Below, piece after piece: positions 50,301-59,196 of a stretch of 64,000 nt of DNA. The stretch spans positions 5,722-69,721 of the forward strand of contig CAZJZV010000007.1 in the NCBI GenBank assembly GCA_964550635.1, given 5' to 3'. The stretch's first letter is position 1; each line of letters opens with the position of its first letter. A program made the position numbers and the translations under genes. The notes below the pieces were generated by a model. It saw only the letters and a list, made by a program, of their open reading frames with translations, made no database searches and was not told the DNA's origin. This stretch comes from an uncultured Bacteroidaceae bacterium. GTDB lineage: Bacteria; Bacillota; Clostridia; Christensenellales; CAG-917.

Positions 50301-53300
50301 TAGTCACGTCGTCGGATCCGACGTTGAGTGCGATATAATCCGCATCGTCCGCCATAAATCCGCTGTTGCCGATTGAGTAATCGGAGTCGGTGCCGTAGAA
50401 CTTGGTGGTTGCGTCGTACTCTTTGGAGAATGCGGTGCTACCAGGGGTTGCGACGACGGAGACCTTGATATTTTTGGGATTGATGGTGCCCTTTGCGTTG
50501 TCTACGTACGCGATAGTTTCGGTGGTCTTGCCTGCGATTGCGGAAGACGCGTCGACTATGTAGTACTTGGTATAGGACTTCGTGTAGGAGCCGAGGACGT
50601 CGGGTTTGACCGCAAGACTATCGTAATCCGCCTTAGTGATATTGTACACGTTGACGGTGTCGAGATTGTAGTAGTAGATAGCGTTGCCGTCCGCATCGGT
50701 GCCGGGAAGGACGGAGCCGAGCGCATCGGATGCGATAGCGGTCTTGCCTGCGATTTCGACGGAAGACGTTACGACGGGATAGTAGTTGATGACGTTTTCG
50801 GTGTTACAGCTGAGCGCCACGCCGTAGACGAATGCATTCTTTGCGACGACTGCCCCACTCTCATCGACCGCTACGTTCTTATCTGCGTACTCTGCGAAGT
50901 AGCTCTTGACGTAGTATCTACCGGTTTCGGTAGGCATAAGGCCGGACATGGTGTAGGAAATCTTATCGACAGAAGTGGTGCCGTCGTATTCCTTATCGGA
51001 GACGGTGAAGTTGACGACAACGGGAGCTTGAGCGATAGAAGCGCGACCGACAGCGGAGACGTCCTTTTGGATCTTGTAGTTCTTTGCGTAATCGACTTCG
51101 GTAGAAGTGCTCTTAACGCCGGTGATCTTGACGTTGACGCTCTTATTGGAACCGCTGTTCTTATCGCCGAATTCGCCCGAGACGTCGAGAGTAACGTGGT
51201 CTTTTTCTTCGGGAGCGACGCCGAAGCCTGTGACGTCGTAGGAACCCTTGATTGCGACGGTTGCGTTCTTGGTGCCGTCGTAGATCTTATCCGAGATGAT
51301 GATACCGTCGGTTTGGACGGAAAGGACCTTTTGATCGAGGGTTGCGACCGCGATATTTTCGAAGTCGGAAATGGTGGATTCCGCGACGAGAGCCCTATTA
51401 TTTGCGACGTAACTGCCGTCCACGAAGTCGAAAGCGACGAGTTCGTAGTTTGCAAGGACTGCGTTTACGCTCTCGGAAGTCTTACCTGCGGGAACGATGA
51501 AGGAAAGTCCGCTGATAAGGATATTATGTTTGATGACGTTGCCGTTCGCATCGAAAGCGACGGAAGCATCCGCAACGCCGTTGATGCTATACTTGAAGGT
51601 CACGTCAGCGAAGACGTAGTCGATGAAAGTGCTATCGTTTGCCCAAGCGGATTCGTCGAAACCTGCCGCGTCTTCGGGAATGAGAGTGACTGCGGATTCT
51701 GCGGCGGAGTTGGACACGTCGGTACCTTTGTCAAGGACCTTATCGGCATCTGTATTACCTTCGTACTGTTTATTGTTGTCGTAATCGACGGCGAGTTGGA
51801 CTCTTGCGGGAGAGATTTCGACGGTGAGCGAAGAAATCTTATTATTGAGTTCATCCGCGGTGAAGTTGAGAGCGTAGTTGGAATTTGCTTTTACGCCGAC
51901 GGACGAGACGGTGACTCTATGCGTGCCCGCGCTCGCGGTAATAATATTGTTATCGCACGCGTGCGCAAGGAGTTCGAGACCTACGTTTGCGAAGCTATCG
52001 CCAGTTGCGTAGACGCTATTCAAGAAGACGAGTCCGAGATCGACGTTGGAAGTGCCGTTGTATCTACGGTCCGCGACGGAGTATTCGATGACGTCGTCGA
52101 TACTGATTTGTTTAGGAGTGATGGAACCGCTGAGATTTCTGACGGTAAGGACCATACCTTCGTCGGTGAAAGCGATTTCGATACCTTCTTCCTTGACGTC
52201 GATATTGATATCGCTTGCTCTGAGACCGGGGAAGAGCAAGACGACGTCGGTAGCGTAGTTGGAAGTGACGTTAGCGGACGGGAAGATAATGGACGACATA
52301 AGTTGCATATTATCGCCGAGACTGACGCTGATTTGGACGTTACTTGCCGAGAATTCGGGGCTACCGTCGTAGACTTTGGTCAAGGTGAAGTTGAGTTTGG
52401 TGAGTTCGATAGGCTCGTCCTTGATGTAGCAGATTTGAGTGAGAACGTAGCTATCGGGCGCGCCGACGAGAGTATAGTTGACCGCCGCATTACCTGCAAG
52501 GGTGAAGGATGCGAAGAGAACGTGTTTCTCACCGATAGACGCGTCGGGCTCGTGGGTATCTACGTTGACGTAATTTGCGGTGAAGTTGATATAGACGTCA
52601 TCGGTATTACGTTTCAACTGCGAGTAGACGGCGAGCATAGCTTTCTTTTGATCGACGGAGAATTCGGGGAGCTCGGTGGAGTTGTTCATAGCTCTATCGA
52701 CGCCGAAGAAAGCGGGGGTGATTTGGCTATAATCGATGGTAGCGGGAGTGATGACGAGACGAGCGTTTGCGAGAGCGGTTTCGTCGACCACCACGACGTA
52801 GTTGCTATCCGAGCTGACGAATTCAGAAGAGACAGCGTAGCCGTAGTAGAATTCCTGACCGTTGTAGGAGATAGAACCGTCCGCGTTGCTGACGTTATCA
52901 TAGCGTTCACCGAAGCGGTAGAAAGAGCCGTCTGCGTGGTAAGCGACTCTGACGAAAGAACCGCTGACCTTACTTGCGAGATCTTCTTGACCTTCCGCGA
53001 CGGAGAAGCCGATGCCGTAAACGCTATCGAGATCGCCGTAGACCTTTGATTGATTGGTAGCGGACGGATAGACGGTGATGGTTGCGGGGTTGATAGTGAT
53101 ATAGTAGCTATCGACGAGCAAGATATAATCGGTATCCGCGCCGTTGTTATCGAGAACGGAAGCGGTTCCGTCTTGGATGATGACGGAGCGCAAACCGACG
53201 TTGAGACTGGTAAGGTTTGCAGTCCATTTGAGGGTGTAACCTTCGGGGAGTGTGGAGCCGTCCGAGAGAGCGATCGAATAATCGGAGCTATCGGCGGTGA

Positions 53301-56300
53301 TGGTAACGCTACTGGAATAGGTATCGCCGTAGTTCAAGACGTAAGGAGTAACGCGAGTTACGTTGACGACGATATTGGTCGAACCTGCGATGATTTCGCG
53401 GATAATTACGGTATGGTCGCCGGTCGCGATGACGAACTTGACGTTGGCGGAGCTTGACGAGAACGAACCGACGAGAGCATAGACGGTTTCGGTGTAGCCT
53501 TGAACGGGGCTAGACGCGCCTGCGGTGCCGAGTGCCCAAGAAGCGGTGAGATATTCTGCAAATCTCTGGTCGTTTGCGGCGAGAGTGTACGCAACGTCGT
53601 AGGAATCCGTTTCGTTCTTGATGAACTTCTGACCTGCGACGGGGGTAACGCTCACCGATCTTTGAGTGATTGCGTATTTAACGCCGCTTGCGTCGACGGT
53701 GATCGTGTAATTGCTATTGACATCGAAGTAAGCGGTGCTGGTTGAGTAGTTATATTCACCGACGTTCTCACCGAGTTCACGGGAGATGAGTTGAGTGCCG
53801 TTCACGTAGAAGTAGACGATATTGCCGACGGTGGAAGATTCTTGTGCGCCGTTGAATATATCGCCGATGAGTTTCCCGGTGGGGAGCGTAGTCATATCGA
53901 CGCCGACAAGGATAGTGCCGTCCGCATCGCCGTAGACCTTGCCTTGACCCGCCTTAACGATGACGGTGATCGCCTTTTGAGTGACGATATGGGTTGCGGT
54001 GACGTAGGACACGTTGTAGTTATCGCCGAGATCCGCGGAGACTGCGTCCGAGAAAGTGATAGCGTAATTGCCGACGTTGAGATTTGCGAAACCGCTACCG
54101 TCCGCGACGAGAGTACCGTCCACTTTAAGCCAGTTGCTTGCGGTAGGCAGGAAGAGTGCGGAGCCGGTGAAGGTGTAAGTAGCGGGATCCCACGCTGCGA
54201 GATCTGCGCCGACGAGACCTTCCACGACGTAACCGATATTTTGATTGTCGCCGTATTCGCCGACGGAAGAATTGATCTTGATAGTTACGTCCTTCTTGAG
54301 AATGTTGTAAGCGGGGATTCTGACGGTTTGCGCGACGTAGTTATCGTTATCGATAGACATTGCGACCGAGTATTCGCCGACGTTAGAAGGAGCGGATTCG
54401 AGATCGGAGTAGATAGGTTCGTTGAATTCGTCGACCGCACCCGTATTTTGTTTCCAATCGTAGACGATTTGGCTCTTTGCGACTTCGGGGAACACGGTCA
54501 TAGGGATTTCGGTAGGCGCGCCGGCGTAGCTGACGTTGGTACCGGTGACGGTGACGGTGACGAGTCTGCGATAGCGGAATATAAGCTCTATATTGCCGTT
54601 ATTGCTGGGGATATTGCCGAGATTACCGAGATCGGTATTTTCGAGCAAGAGATTGAATTCGAGACCGTCGAGAGAAATGCTACCGTTGGGATCCGCATAG
54701 GATTGAGACGGAGAGAGCGGATCGTCGGTGGTCCACTTATTCTTAATATCTTCTACGCCGTTGCCGAACTTATAGTCGAGTTTATAAGCAACGTAACCGT
54801 CTTCGAGAGCGAAGTTGAGCGTGATCATATCCCCTCTCTTATAGACGATGGACTTACCGCCTTCGAGAACGGAAGCGACGCCGAGATCTGCGAATATACT
54901 ATTTTGATCCACCGAGCCGACGACCTTATAGTCGTTTGCATCGACGAAGAAGGTGTAGCCGACGAGATCACTGACGTTACCCGCTTGGTCGACCGCCCAG
55001 AAGTAGTAGACGCGCATACCTGCACCGAGTGCGCTATTGAAGTTGAGTTTGATTTCGTTGATACTATCGAGTTTGGTACCGAGAGTTTCGTAGACTGCAT
55101 CGAAGTTGTAGTCTGCGGGGTTGACGGAACCGTTGCCGAATGCGGAAAGGAACGCGCTAATCGAGAGTTTTCCGCCCGCATCGTTGAAGTCGCCGATATT
55201 TTGGATATTCTTCATTGCGTAGTAGACTTTGATACCGTCGCCGTACTGCGCAAGGAGAGAGTCCTCGAACGCGTAGAACGCGTCGAGAGACCAACCGCTC
55301 GTGAACCACTTTCTATCCGTCGCGTCGGGGATAGACGGAGTGTCGATCTGATCGATTTCGGAATAATCCTTTTCTTCGGATTCTTGGTCGAGAGTGGGAG
55401 CGTGGGGCTTATTTCTATCCACAAGGATAAGCACGCCGTCGATATACTTCTTGCCGACGAGAACCTGCCATTGACGGTGAGTTACGCCGTCCGTTTGCAT
55501 GGTGTTACCGGTATAGATATATTTGACGGGGGTTTCGTTTTCGGGATCGTCGCCGACCATAATTTCAAAGGTGGTATAGTAAGCGAAGTCGAAATAGGTG
55601 AAACCGCTGGTGTCTTGTGCGCTGTGATCTCTGCCGAACGTGATAATCCAAGTCGCAACGCCGGTTGACGACACGCTATAAGTAACGTAAATTCTCGTAC
55701 CGGGTTCGCCACCGCCGAAGTTTGCGGACTTACCGTCCGTTGCGATAGTGGCGGTGCTATCCACCGCGGTATCGAGATAGATATTCGTGATAACGCCGTT
55801 GAGAACAGAGATATATCTCGTATTTTCTTCCGCGTCCGTGAAGCTCAAGTTGTTGCCCGAAATGGAAGCCTTGTCTTGAACGAGAGTGACCGTGAGTTCG
55901 GTCGTTGCCCAATCCGTATTTGCGAGATTATTGCCGTTTGCGGATTTGGTGAGAGTGTAAGTCGGGGTTTCGTAGTCCGCTCTGACGTAGTACGAGATTT
56001 GGTTTTCGGTGGTATATCTGCCCGACATATCCATACAGTAGAACGTGAAGAGATAATACCCTACCCCCGTTGCGCTCGTGCTTGATTGACCGTCAAGGCC
56101 GGTGGTGACGTTGCCTGCGGTATCATAAACCGCACCTGCGTAACCGGTCTTGAAGTCGTATCTGAAACTCGAAGTCGCGCCGACTGCGAAAGGCACTTTC
56201 GTGAGCAGTTGTTCTCTCGTCCAGTTTGCGGAAGTGAGCGTGCCTGTCGGAGCGTTCACTTTCACGACCGAATAGAACCACATATAAGGAGTGATTTCAA

Positions 56301-57891
56301 AGTCGTCGGTGGACGGACTTTCTTCGTTCACGTTGAGATCGAGAGAAAGAGTGCTGTTGTTATACCATCTGAGGTTGTCCCAACCGTTGAAAAGGGTTGC
56401 CTCTTTGGTATATCCGTCCATATCGTCAACGGTGAGAGTACCGTTAGGATTGGTGTTGTCAATGCCCTTGACGTTTATGGTTTTGGAAACACTTGCATCG
56501 CCGTAGTCCGAAACGCTAACGTTAAGACCTGCGATGTTTTCTTTGAAATAGAATGAAATCTTGATTTGCGCACGGTTGTCGGTAGCTTTATCGACTTTGA
56601 ACCAACCGTAAACGGTTGCATCGTCCGCCTTTTTGATTTCTTTATAACCGCTATCCGTTGCGACCGTATAAGTAGTTGCACCGATGGTTACCGATTTAAT
56701 ACCCGATGCAAAATATTGGAAACCCTTGTTGCTGTTCGTGACCGTAACAAGAACGTTTTTGTCGTTTGAATCTTTGTAGTCATACGAATATCTATCGTTA
56801 ACCGTAAGTTCCGCACTCTTATAATAGGTTTTTCCGCCATCGACTGCTTTACCGTCCGTTGAGGTGTTGACGTAACTGTAAAGGTTGATCATTGCGTTAT
56901 CGGCAGAAACGCTATCTTGTGCGTATTCGTATTTGCTCCAAGCATTGTTTGCAAACGGGCTAGCAGGATTTCCTTCCGCTTTGGTGACGTTGTAATTCCA
57001 GCTGTCCCCTCTCCAAGTATCGTTTTCAAAGTATCTGTTGGGAGTTGCGGTTGCATTCGTGACGATAGGTGACGCACCGTCCCAAATACTCATCGTCGAT
57101 GAGTCCGTAAAGGTTGCGTTTGATGCACCGCCTGCAAGTTTAATGGTGAAATCGAAATACAAATTGGTGACGTCGAAGTCGCATTGACCCCAGTTACCCG
57201 TTTGATCCATGTAACCGAGAAGAATATTATTTTTACCCTTGGTTATCGTAGCTGACAAAGTTTTGGTGTTATCTTTCTTGAAGTTTTGGAATGTAGTAAA
57301 CGATTTCCCGGTGATAGCGTTTGCTTTCGTCGCGCTATCCGTCGCTTCAACGTAGTAACCACTGTTATCATCACCAAACGCCATGTTGTCTTCATATCTA
57401 TGTATCGTTGACGTTGCGGCTACCGTAATCTCAAAATTTGAATTTCCCGAAATCTTTCTAATGAAATCAGGAACGGCAAAGTTGACTGCGACAAACAATT
57501 TAGGTGCTTTAACCGCGTGTGAGTCGCTTTCTTTGATTTTGAAACCGTTCGTTATCGTAGAAACGCTATAGGTCGTATCCGCCGAAGAATCCGTAAACAC
57601 ACTTGTGTTGATCGTCGAAAAAACGGTGTTTTTCGTCGTCACTCGATAAGTCCAAGTACGCTTGCTTGCGTCGGTTCCCGGGAACCCGATCGAATTTGCC
57701 GTCAGTTCGTTATCGACAACAATCGAAACTGCGTTACCGTCGGAGTCTTCTGCAAACGCGACGTCGCTCATCACACTGTTTTCAGTCGTCGTCATCGTGA
57801 CCATTGCGAATGCGAACACGAACACGAAACACAGTGCAAGCACAACGAGTCTTGTGATTGAAAGCGTCTGTCTGATAGTGTTGTTTCTCAT
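47341..57891 (-). CDS. Giant (3516 aa) membrane-anchored surface protein with YDG/MBG-like beta repeats
   Basis: N-terminal signal; many K.YDG/K.YGD and IT.K.I.V repeats; C-terminal TM, KKKKK and a Pro/Glu-rich tail; GAGGTG RBS. Confidence 0.9.
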   Translation of the reverse strand: MRNNTIRQTLSITRLVVLALCFVFVFAFAMVTMTTTENSVMSDVAFAEDSDGNAVSIVVDNELTANSIGFPGTDASKRTWTYRVTTKNTVFSTINTSVFTDSSADTTYSVSTITNGFKIKESDSHAVKAPKLFVAVNFAVPDFIRKISGNSNFEITVAATSTIHRYEDNMAFGDDNSGYYVEATDSATKANAITGKSFTTFQNFKKDNTKTLSATITKGKNNILLGYMDQTGNWGQCDFDVTNLYFDFTIKLAGGASNATFTDSSTMSIWDGASPIVTNATATPNRYFENDTWRGDSWNYNVTKAEGNPASPFANNAWSKYEYAQDSVSADNAMINLYSYVNTSTDGKAVDGGKTYYKSAELTVNDRYSYDYKDSNDKNVLVTVTNSNKGFQYFASGIKSVTIGATTYTVATDSGYKEIKKADDATVYGWFKVDKATDNRAQIKISFYFKENIAGLNVSVSDYGDASVSKTINVKGIDNTNPNGTLTVDDMDGYTKEATLFNGWDNLRWYNNSTLSLDLNVNEESPSTDDFEITPYMWFYSVVKVNAPTGTLTSANWTREQLLTKVPFAVGATSSFRYDFKTGYAGAVYDTAGNVTTGLDGQSSTSATGVGYYLFTFYCMDMSGRYTTENQISYYVRADYETPTYTLTKSANGNNLANTDWATTELTVTLVQDKASISGNNLSFTDAEENTRYISVLNGVITNIYLDTAVDSTATIATDGKSANFGGGEPGTRIYVTYSVSSTGVATWIITFGRDHSAQDTSGFTYFDFAYYTTFEIMVGDDPENETPVKYIYTGNTMQTDGVTHRQWQVLVGKKYIDGVLILVDRNKPHAPTLDQESEEKDYSEIDQIDTPSIPDATDRKWFTSGWSLDAFYAFEDSLLAQYGDGIKVYYAMKNIQNIGDFNDAGGKLSISAFLSAFGNGSVNPADYNFDAVYETLGTKLDSINEIKLNFNSALGAGMRVYYFWAVDQAGNVSDLVGYTFFVDANDYKVVGSVDQNSIFADLGVASVLEGGKSIVYKRGDMITLNFALEDGYVAYKLDYKFGNGVEDIKNKWTTDDPLSPSQSYADPNGSISLDGLEFNLLLENTDLGNLGNIPSNNGNIELIFRYRRLVTVTVTGTNVSYAGAPTEIPMTVFPEVAKSQIVYDWKQNTGAVDEFNEPIYSDLESAPSNVGEYSVAMSIDNDNYVAQTVRIPAYNILKKDVTIKINSSVGEYGDNQNIGYVVEGLVGADLAAWDPATYTFTGSALFLPTASNWLKVDGTLVADGSGFANLNVGNYAITFSDAVSADLGDNYNVSYVTATHIVTQKAITVIVKAGQGKVYGDADGTILVGVDMTTLPTGKLIGDIFNGAQESSTVGNIVYFYVNGTQLISRELGENVGEYNYSTSTAYFDVNSNYTITVDASGVKYAITQRSVSVTPVAGQKFIKNETDSYDVAYTLAANDQRFAEYLTASWALGTAGASSPVQGYTETVYALVGSFSSSSANVKFVIATGDHTVIIREIIAGSTNIVVNVTRVTPYVLNYGDTYSSSVTITADSSDYSIALSDGSTLPEGYTLKWTANLTSLNVGLRSVIIQDGTASVLDNNGADTDYILLVDSYYITINPATITVYPSATNQSKVYGDLDSVYGIGFSVAEGQEDLASKVSGSFVRVAYHADGSFYRFGERYDNVSNADGSISYNGQEFYYGYAVSSEFVSSDSNYVVVVDETALANARLVITPATIDYSQITPAFFGVDRAMNNSTELPEFSVDQKKAMLAVYSQLKRNTDDVYINFTANYVNVDTHEPDASIGEKHVLFASFTLAGNAAVNYTLVGAPDSYVLTQICYIKDEPIELTKLNFTLTKVYDGSPEFSASNVQISVSLGDNMQLMSSIIFPSANVTSNYATDVVLLFPGLRASDINIDVKEEGIEIAFTDEGMVLTVRNLSGSITPKQISIDDVIEYSVADRRYNGTSNVDLGLVFLNSVYATGDSFANVGLELLAHACDNNIITASAGTHRVTVSSVGVKANSNYALNFTADELNNKISSLTVEISPARVQLAVDYDNNKQYEGNTDADKVLDKGTDVSNSAAESAVTLIPEDAAGFDESAWANDSTFIDYVFADVTFKYSINGVADASVAFDANGNVIKHNILISGLSFIVPAGKTSESVNAVLANYELVAFDFVDGSYVANNRALVAESTISDFENIAVATLDQKVLSVQTDGIIISDKIYDGTKNATVAIKGSYDVTGFGVAPEEKDHVTLDVSGEFGDKNSGSNKSVNVKITGVKSTSTEVDYAKNYKIQKDVSAVGRASIAQAPVVVNFTVSDKEYDGTTSVDKISYTMSGLMPTETGRYYVKSYFAEYADKNVAVDESGAVVAKNAFVYGVALSCNTENVINYYPVVTSSVEIAGKTAIASDALGSVLPGTDADGNAIYYYNLDTVNVYNITKADYDSLAVKPDVLGSYTKSYTKYYIVDASSAIAGKTTETIAYVDNAKGTINPKNIKVSVVATPGSTAFSKEYDATTKFYGTDSDYSIGNSGFMADDADYIALNVGSDDVTIAYKASSVGSTSVVFTFTGNALKAKEGVAAEYANIYKNYTTVGSTASIVAEIKPRVITAQLDSVKSTYGKAPNFDGKLGYKAGEGEVIVSSNYGYMTVADYQVAFAERYSELGEGINAYRYNLVDGAFVQANDGAYVRMDGTFVEPSVDVNGKLVASYPVGTYPATISGGSSTNYTFKFAYTKFDADGNIVADSTLTSSEILVEKAILKVHAATVEEGYSYSKLYKEGGLPEIKLSYTGLVNGDNLSTILTAPVASFKYFDGSAWSDIDENVKPVSSLTSGYYAVHIDTSSALANNYVIVWDTDKVAKLNVTIAPISGVRMSDSSTVYDGNSKSDKMSVKGSVSGLDVVYSYYKNGVVAPENLVNGADLINVGSYLVVANITKVIDDEFSSTAELRSTLTITKADISLGYTPYSLDYYDYDHFDDVKGAIQNSITGVASNDMAAVKKAVKISVDGREIINAGTYKVAVKFTSPENPTSASDIKTANYNSFEKTYTITVLPAEIVVTVLESSKQQMTTYDDEGNAINKGIVFKYEFSPKSASHGLSNSDIDETYFMIMYKSMSKEGVIQEIVDAPGRYNYTISYCTDESSVVTEESDGYISIGAIGEDKDYYYGDEDSNYKVIGFTTGDFALTTDELKYSSLATIKFNDKQITDSTIQLIVNYVDEDSIADPTNNAIYQYDVDLFNDAYETLVPYIDSYGYKSSIYQLSHIRIITGSGETLSDVNHGSNDMTITVNTYLDNLNNYKLIMVYNDGSFKEITDYTSEIVTEEIDGVEYENAFVTFNTDKLGWLVYVNAVPVKVNVTSTEIPMWVWIAVGCGAAAIIALALGLGIGLSKKKKKAAIAGTGMTMDVDTPEVAEPAPVAEPTPEPTPEPKPEPVAEPTPEPVAEPAPEPVAEPTPEPTPEPTPEPAPVKVRPAKPTHVGKKKPPVIGVKEGADVNARSISAPEIAKPEAAEPAPEVAPEAAADTGKVPPVVGKKPPVVGKKD
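47570..47745 (-). repeat. Intragenic tandem repeats encoding (A/P)EP(T/A/K/V)
   Basis: PEVAEPAPVAEPTPEPTPEPKPEPVAEPTP... in roughly 12-nt units with varied codons. Confidence 0.8.
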
Positions 57892-58048
57892 AATTTCACC
57901 TCAAGTTAGCCTAAGCCGTTCTGCCGCCCGACCTCAGCCCTATAAGTTGTGTGTCTTTTTGTAGTGCCCTTTTTGTCGCCCGCGCCATGCCCATACATAT
58001 ATGCATACACACGCGCCCGCGTCCCGTCCGGGCATTATACAACGATAT

Positions 58049-58076
58049 AATATATCACATTCCCCTATTTTGTCAA
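58049..58076 (-). promoter_or_regulatory. SigA-like promoter of the giant protein gene
   Basis: TTGACA-16 bp-TATATT with a TG extension, about 150 nt upstream of the ATG. Confidence 0.5.
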
Positions 58077-58148
58077 TACCATTTTTTCATTTCCCCCAAC
58101 CTCCCTCCCTTTCTCCCTATCCATTTCCGCACCCAAATTTCCCCTCTA

Positions 58149-58217
58149 ATTTCCTCTTGGGGACGGGGATGAAAGCGGAAATCATTTCCGCTTTCATCCC
58201 CGTCCCCAAGAGGAAAT
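58149..58217. repeat. Family A perfect palindrome (34-bp arms, 1-nt centre)
   Basis: ATTTCCTCTTGGGGACGGGGATGAAAGCGGAAAT-C-ATTTCCGCTTTCATCCCCGTCCCCAAGAGGAAAT. Confidence 0.95.
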
Positions 58218-58269
58218 CACTTCCACCATTTTCCCCAAAAAACTCCAAAAAAAATAAGCGCTTTCGCGC

Positions 58270-59028
58270 CTATTTCATATTGTTTCTCACTTGCCGTTCA
58301 CTATACCCAAAAATCTTCGCAATCTCTTTTTGAGTCATCCCGATCTCTTTGAGTTTCCGCATGCACTCGACCATTTTTTCTCTATCGAGTTTCAAGTACT
58401 TCGGCGGCAATCCATACCCCGCCAAAACCTCATATGCTTTATCCTCAACGGTCTTTGAGTTCTCTTTGACTTCCGCCCATTCGGGGCAATCCGCATCCGT
58501 TCCGCATTCGCTCGCAATCGCGATAATATTCGACGGTTCGGTGTTGAAAAACTCGCTCGCAAAATCGAAGTCAACAATGCCCATATGTTGCATATAACAG
58601 TTATAACTCGAATAGTCATAATCGGCAGGTTTTTGCACAATTCCAGCGTTTATCGGATTGTTATGTATATAACAAAGGCAGTTTCCGACGTATTTCGTAT
58701 CATAAATGGCTTGACTCTTATAGCGTTCTCTGAAGACGTATCCGACACGGTCGACTTTGAAATTGTAGTATTTCGCATATCTTGTATTTACACGCAACAT
58801 ATACCGTCCGAGATTCTCGACGTTCGGTGTGTAAATAAGCAAATGGCAATGGTTGCCCATAATGCAATACGCGAGAATTTTGATACCCTCTTCTTCCTTG
58901 TATTTTGCAAGGTTATAAAGATAGGTGTTCTTCATCTCGTCGGTGTCGAAGATATATTCTTTTGCAATACCCTGCACCATAACGTGAAAGCAATTTGTGT
59001 CTGAACAAGCTCTAGCGATTCTACTCAT
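58270..59028 (-). CDS. REP-associated tyrosine transposase (Y1/HUH) with C-terminal HTH
   Basis: MSRIAR...FHVMVQG...IF, AYCIMGNHCHLL (HUH), RYKSQ, YIHNNP..AGIV..P.DY.YSSY; C-terminal MTQKEIAKIFGYSERQV. AAGGAG RBS before ATG 59028. Confidence 0.9.
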   Translation of the reverse strand: MSRIARACSDTNCFHVMVQGIAKEYIFDTDEMKNTYLYNLAKYKEEEGIKILAYCIMGNHCHLLIYTPNVENLGRYMLRVNTRYAKYYNFKVDRVGYVFRERYKSQAIYDTKYVGNCLCYIHNNPINAGIVQKPADYDYSSYNCYMQHMGIVDFDFASEFFNTEPSNIIAIASECGTDADCPEWAEVKENSKTVEDKAYEVLAGYGLPPKYLKLDREKMVECMRKLKEIGMTQKEIAKIFGYSERQVRNNMK

Positions 59029-59054
59029 AATGGTATCTCCTTTGTGCAATAAAC

Positions 59055-59083
59055 ATTATACACCACCCACCGCCATATGTCAA
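59055..59083 (-). promoter_or_regulatory. Consensus SigA promoter of the transposase
   Basis: TTGACA-17 bp-TATAAT. Confidence 0.8.
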
Positions 59084-59088
59084 CTACA

Positions 59089-59155
59089 TTTCCTCTTGGG
59101 GACGGGGATGAAAGCGGAAATCATTTCCGCTTTCATCCCCGTCCCCAAGAGGAAA
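59089..59155. repeat. Family A perfect palindrome (33-bp arms)
   Basis: Same sequence as 58150-58216. Confidence 0.95.
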
Positions 59156-59196
59156 AAATTAGACGAAAAAAGGCAAAGAAAAAAGCGCTTTCGCGC

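Larger units (their letters stand above)
58149..59155. mobile_element. RAYT/REPtron-like locus: HUH transposase between two long palindromes
   Basis: Palindromes at 58149-58217 and 59089-59155, identical over 68 bp, flank a single Y1 transposase gene. Confidence 0.8.

Noticed and set aside
51028-55668. Long plus-strand ORFs (673 and 625 aa; likewise 5662-7629, 22921-25050, 60881-62788)
   Set aside because: Antisense shadows of strongly codon-biased genes; no motifs or RBS.
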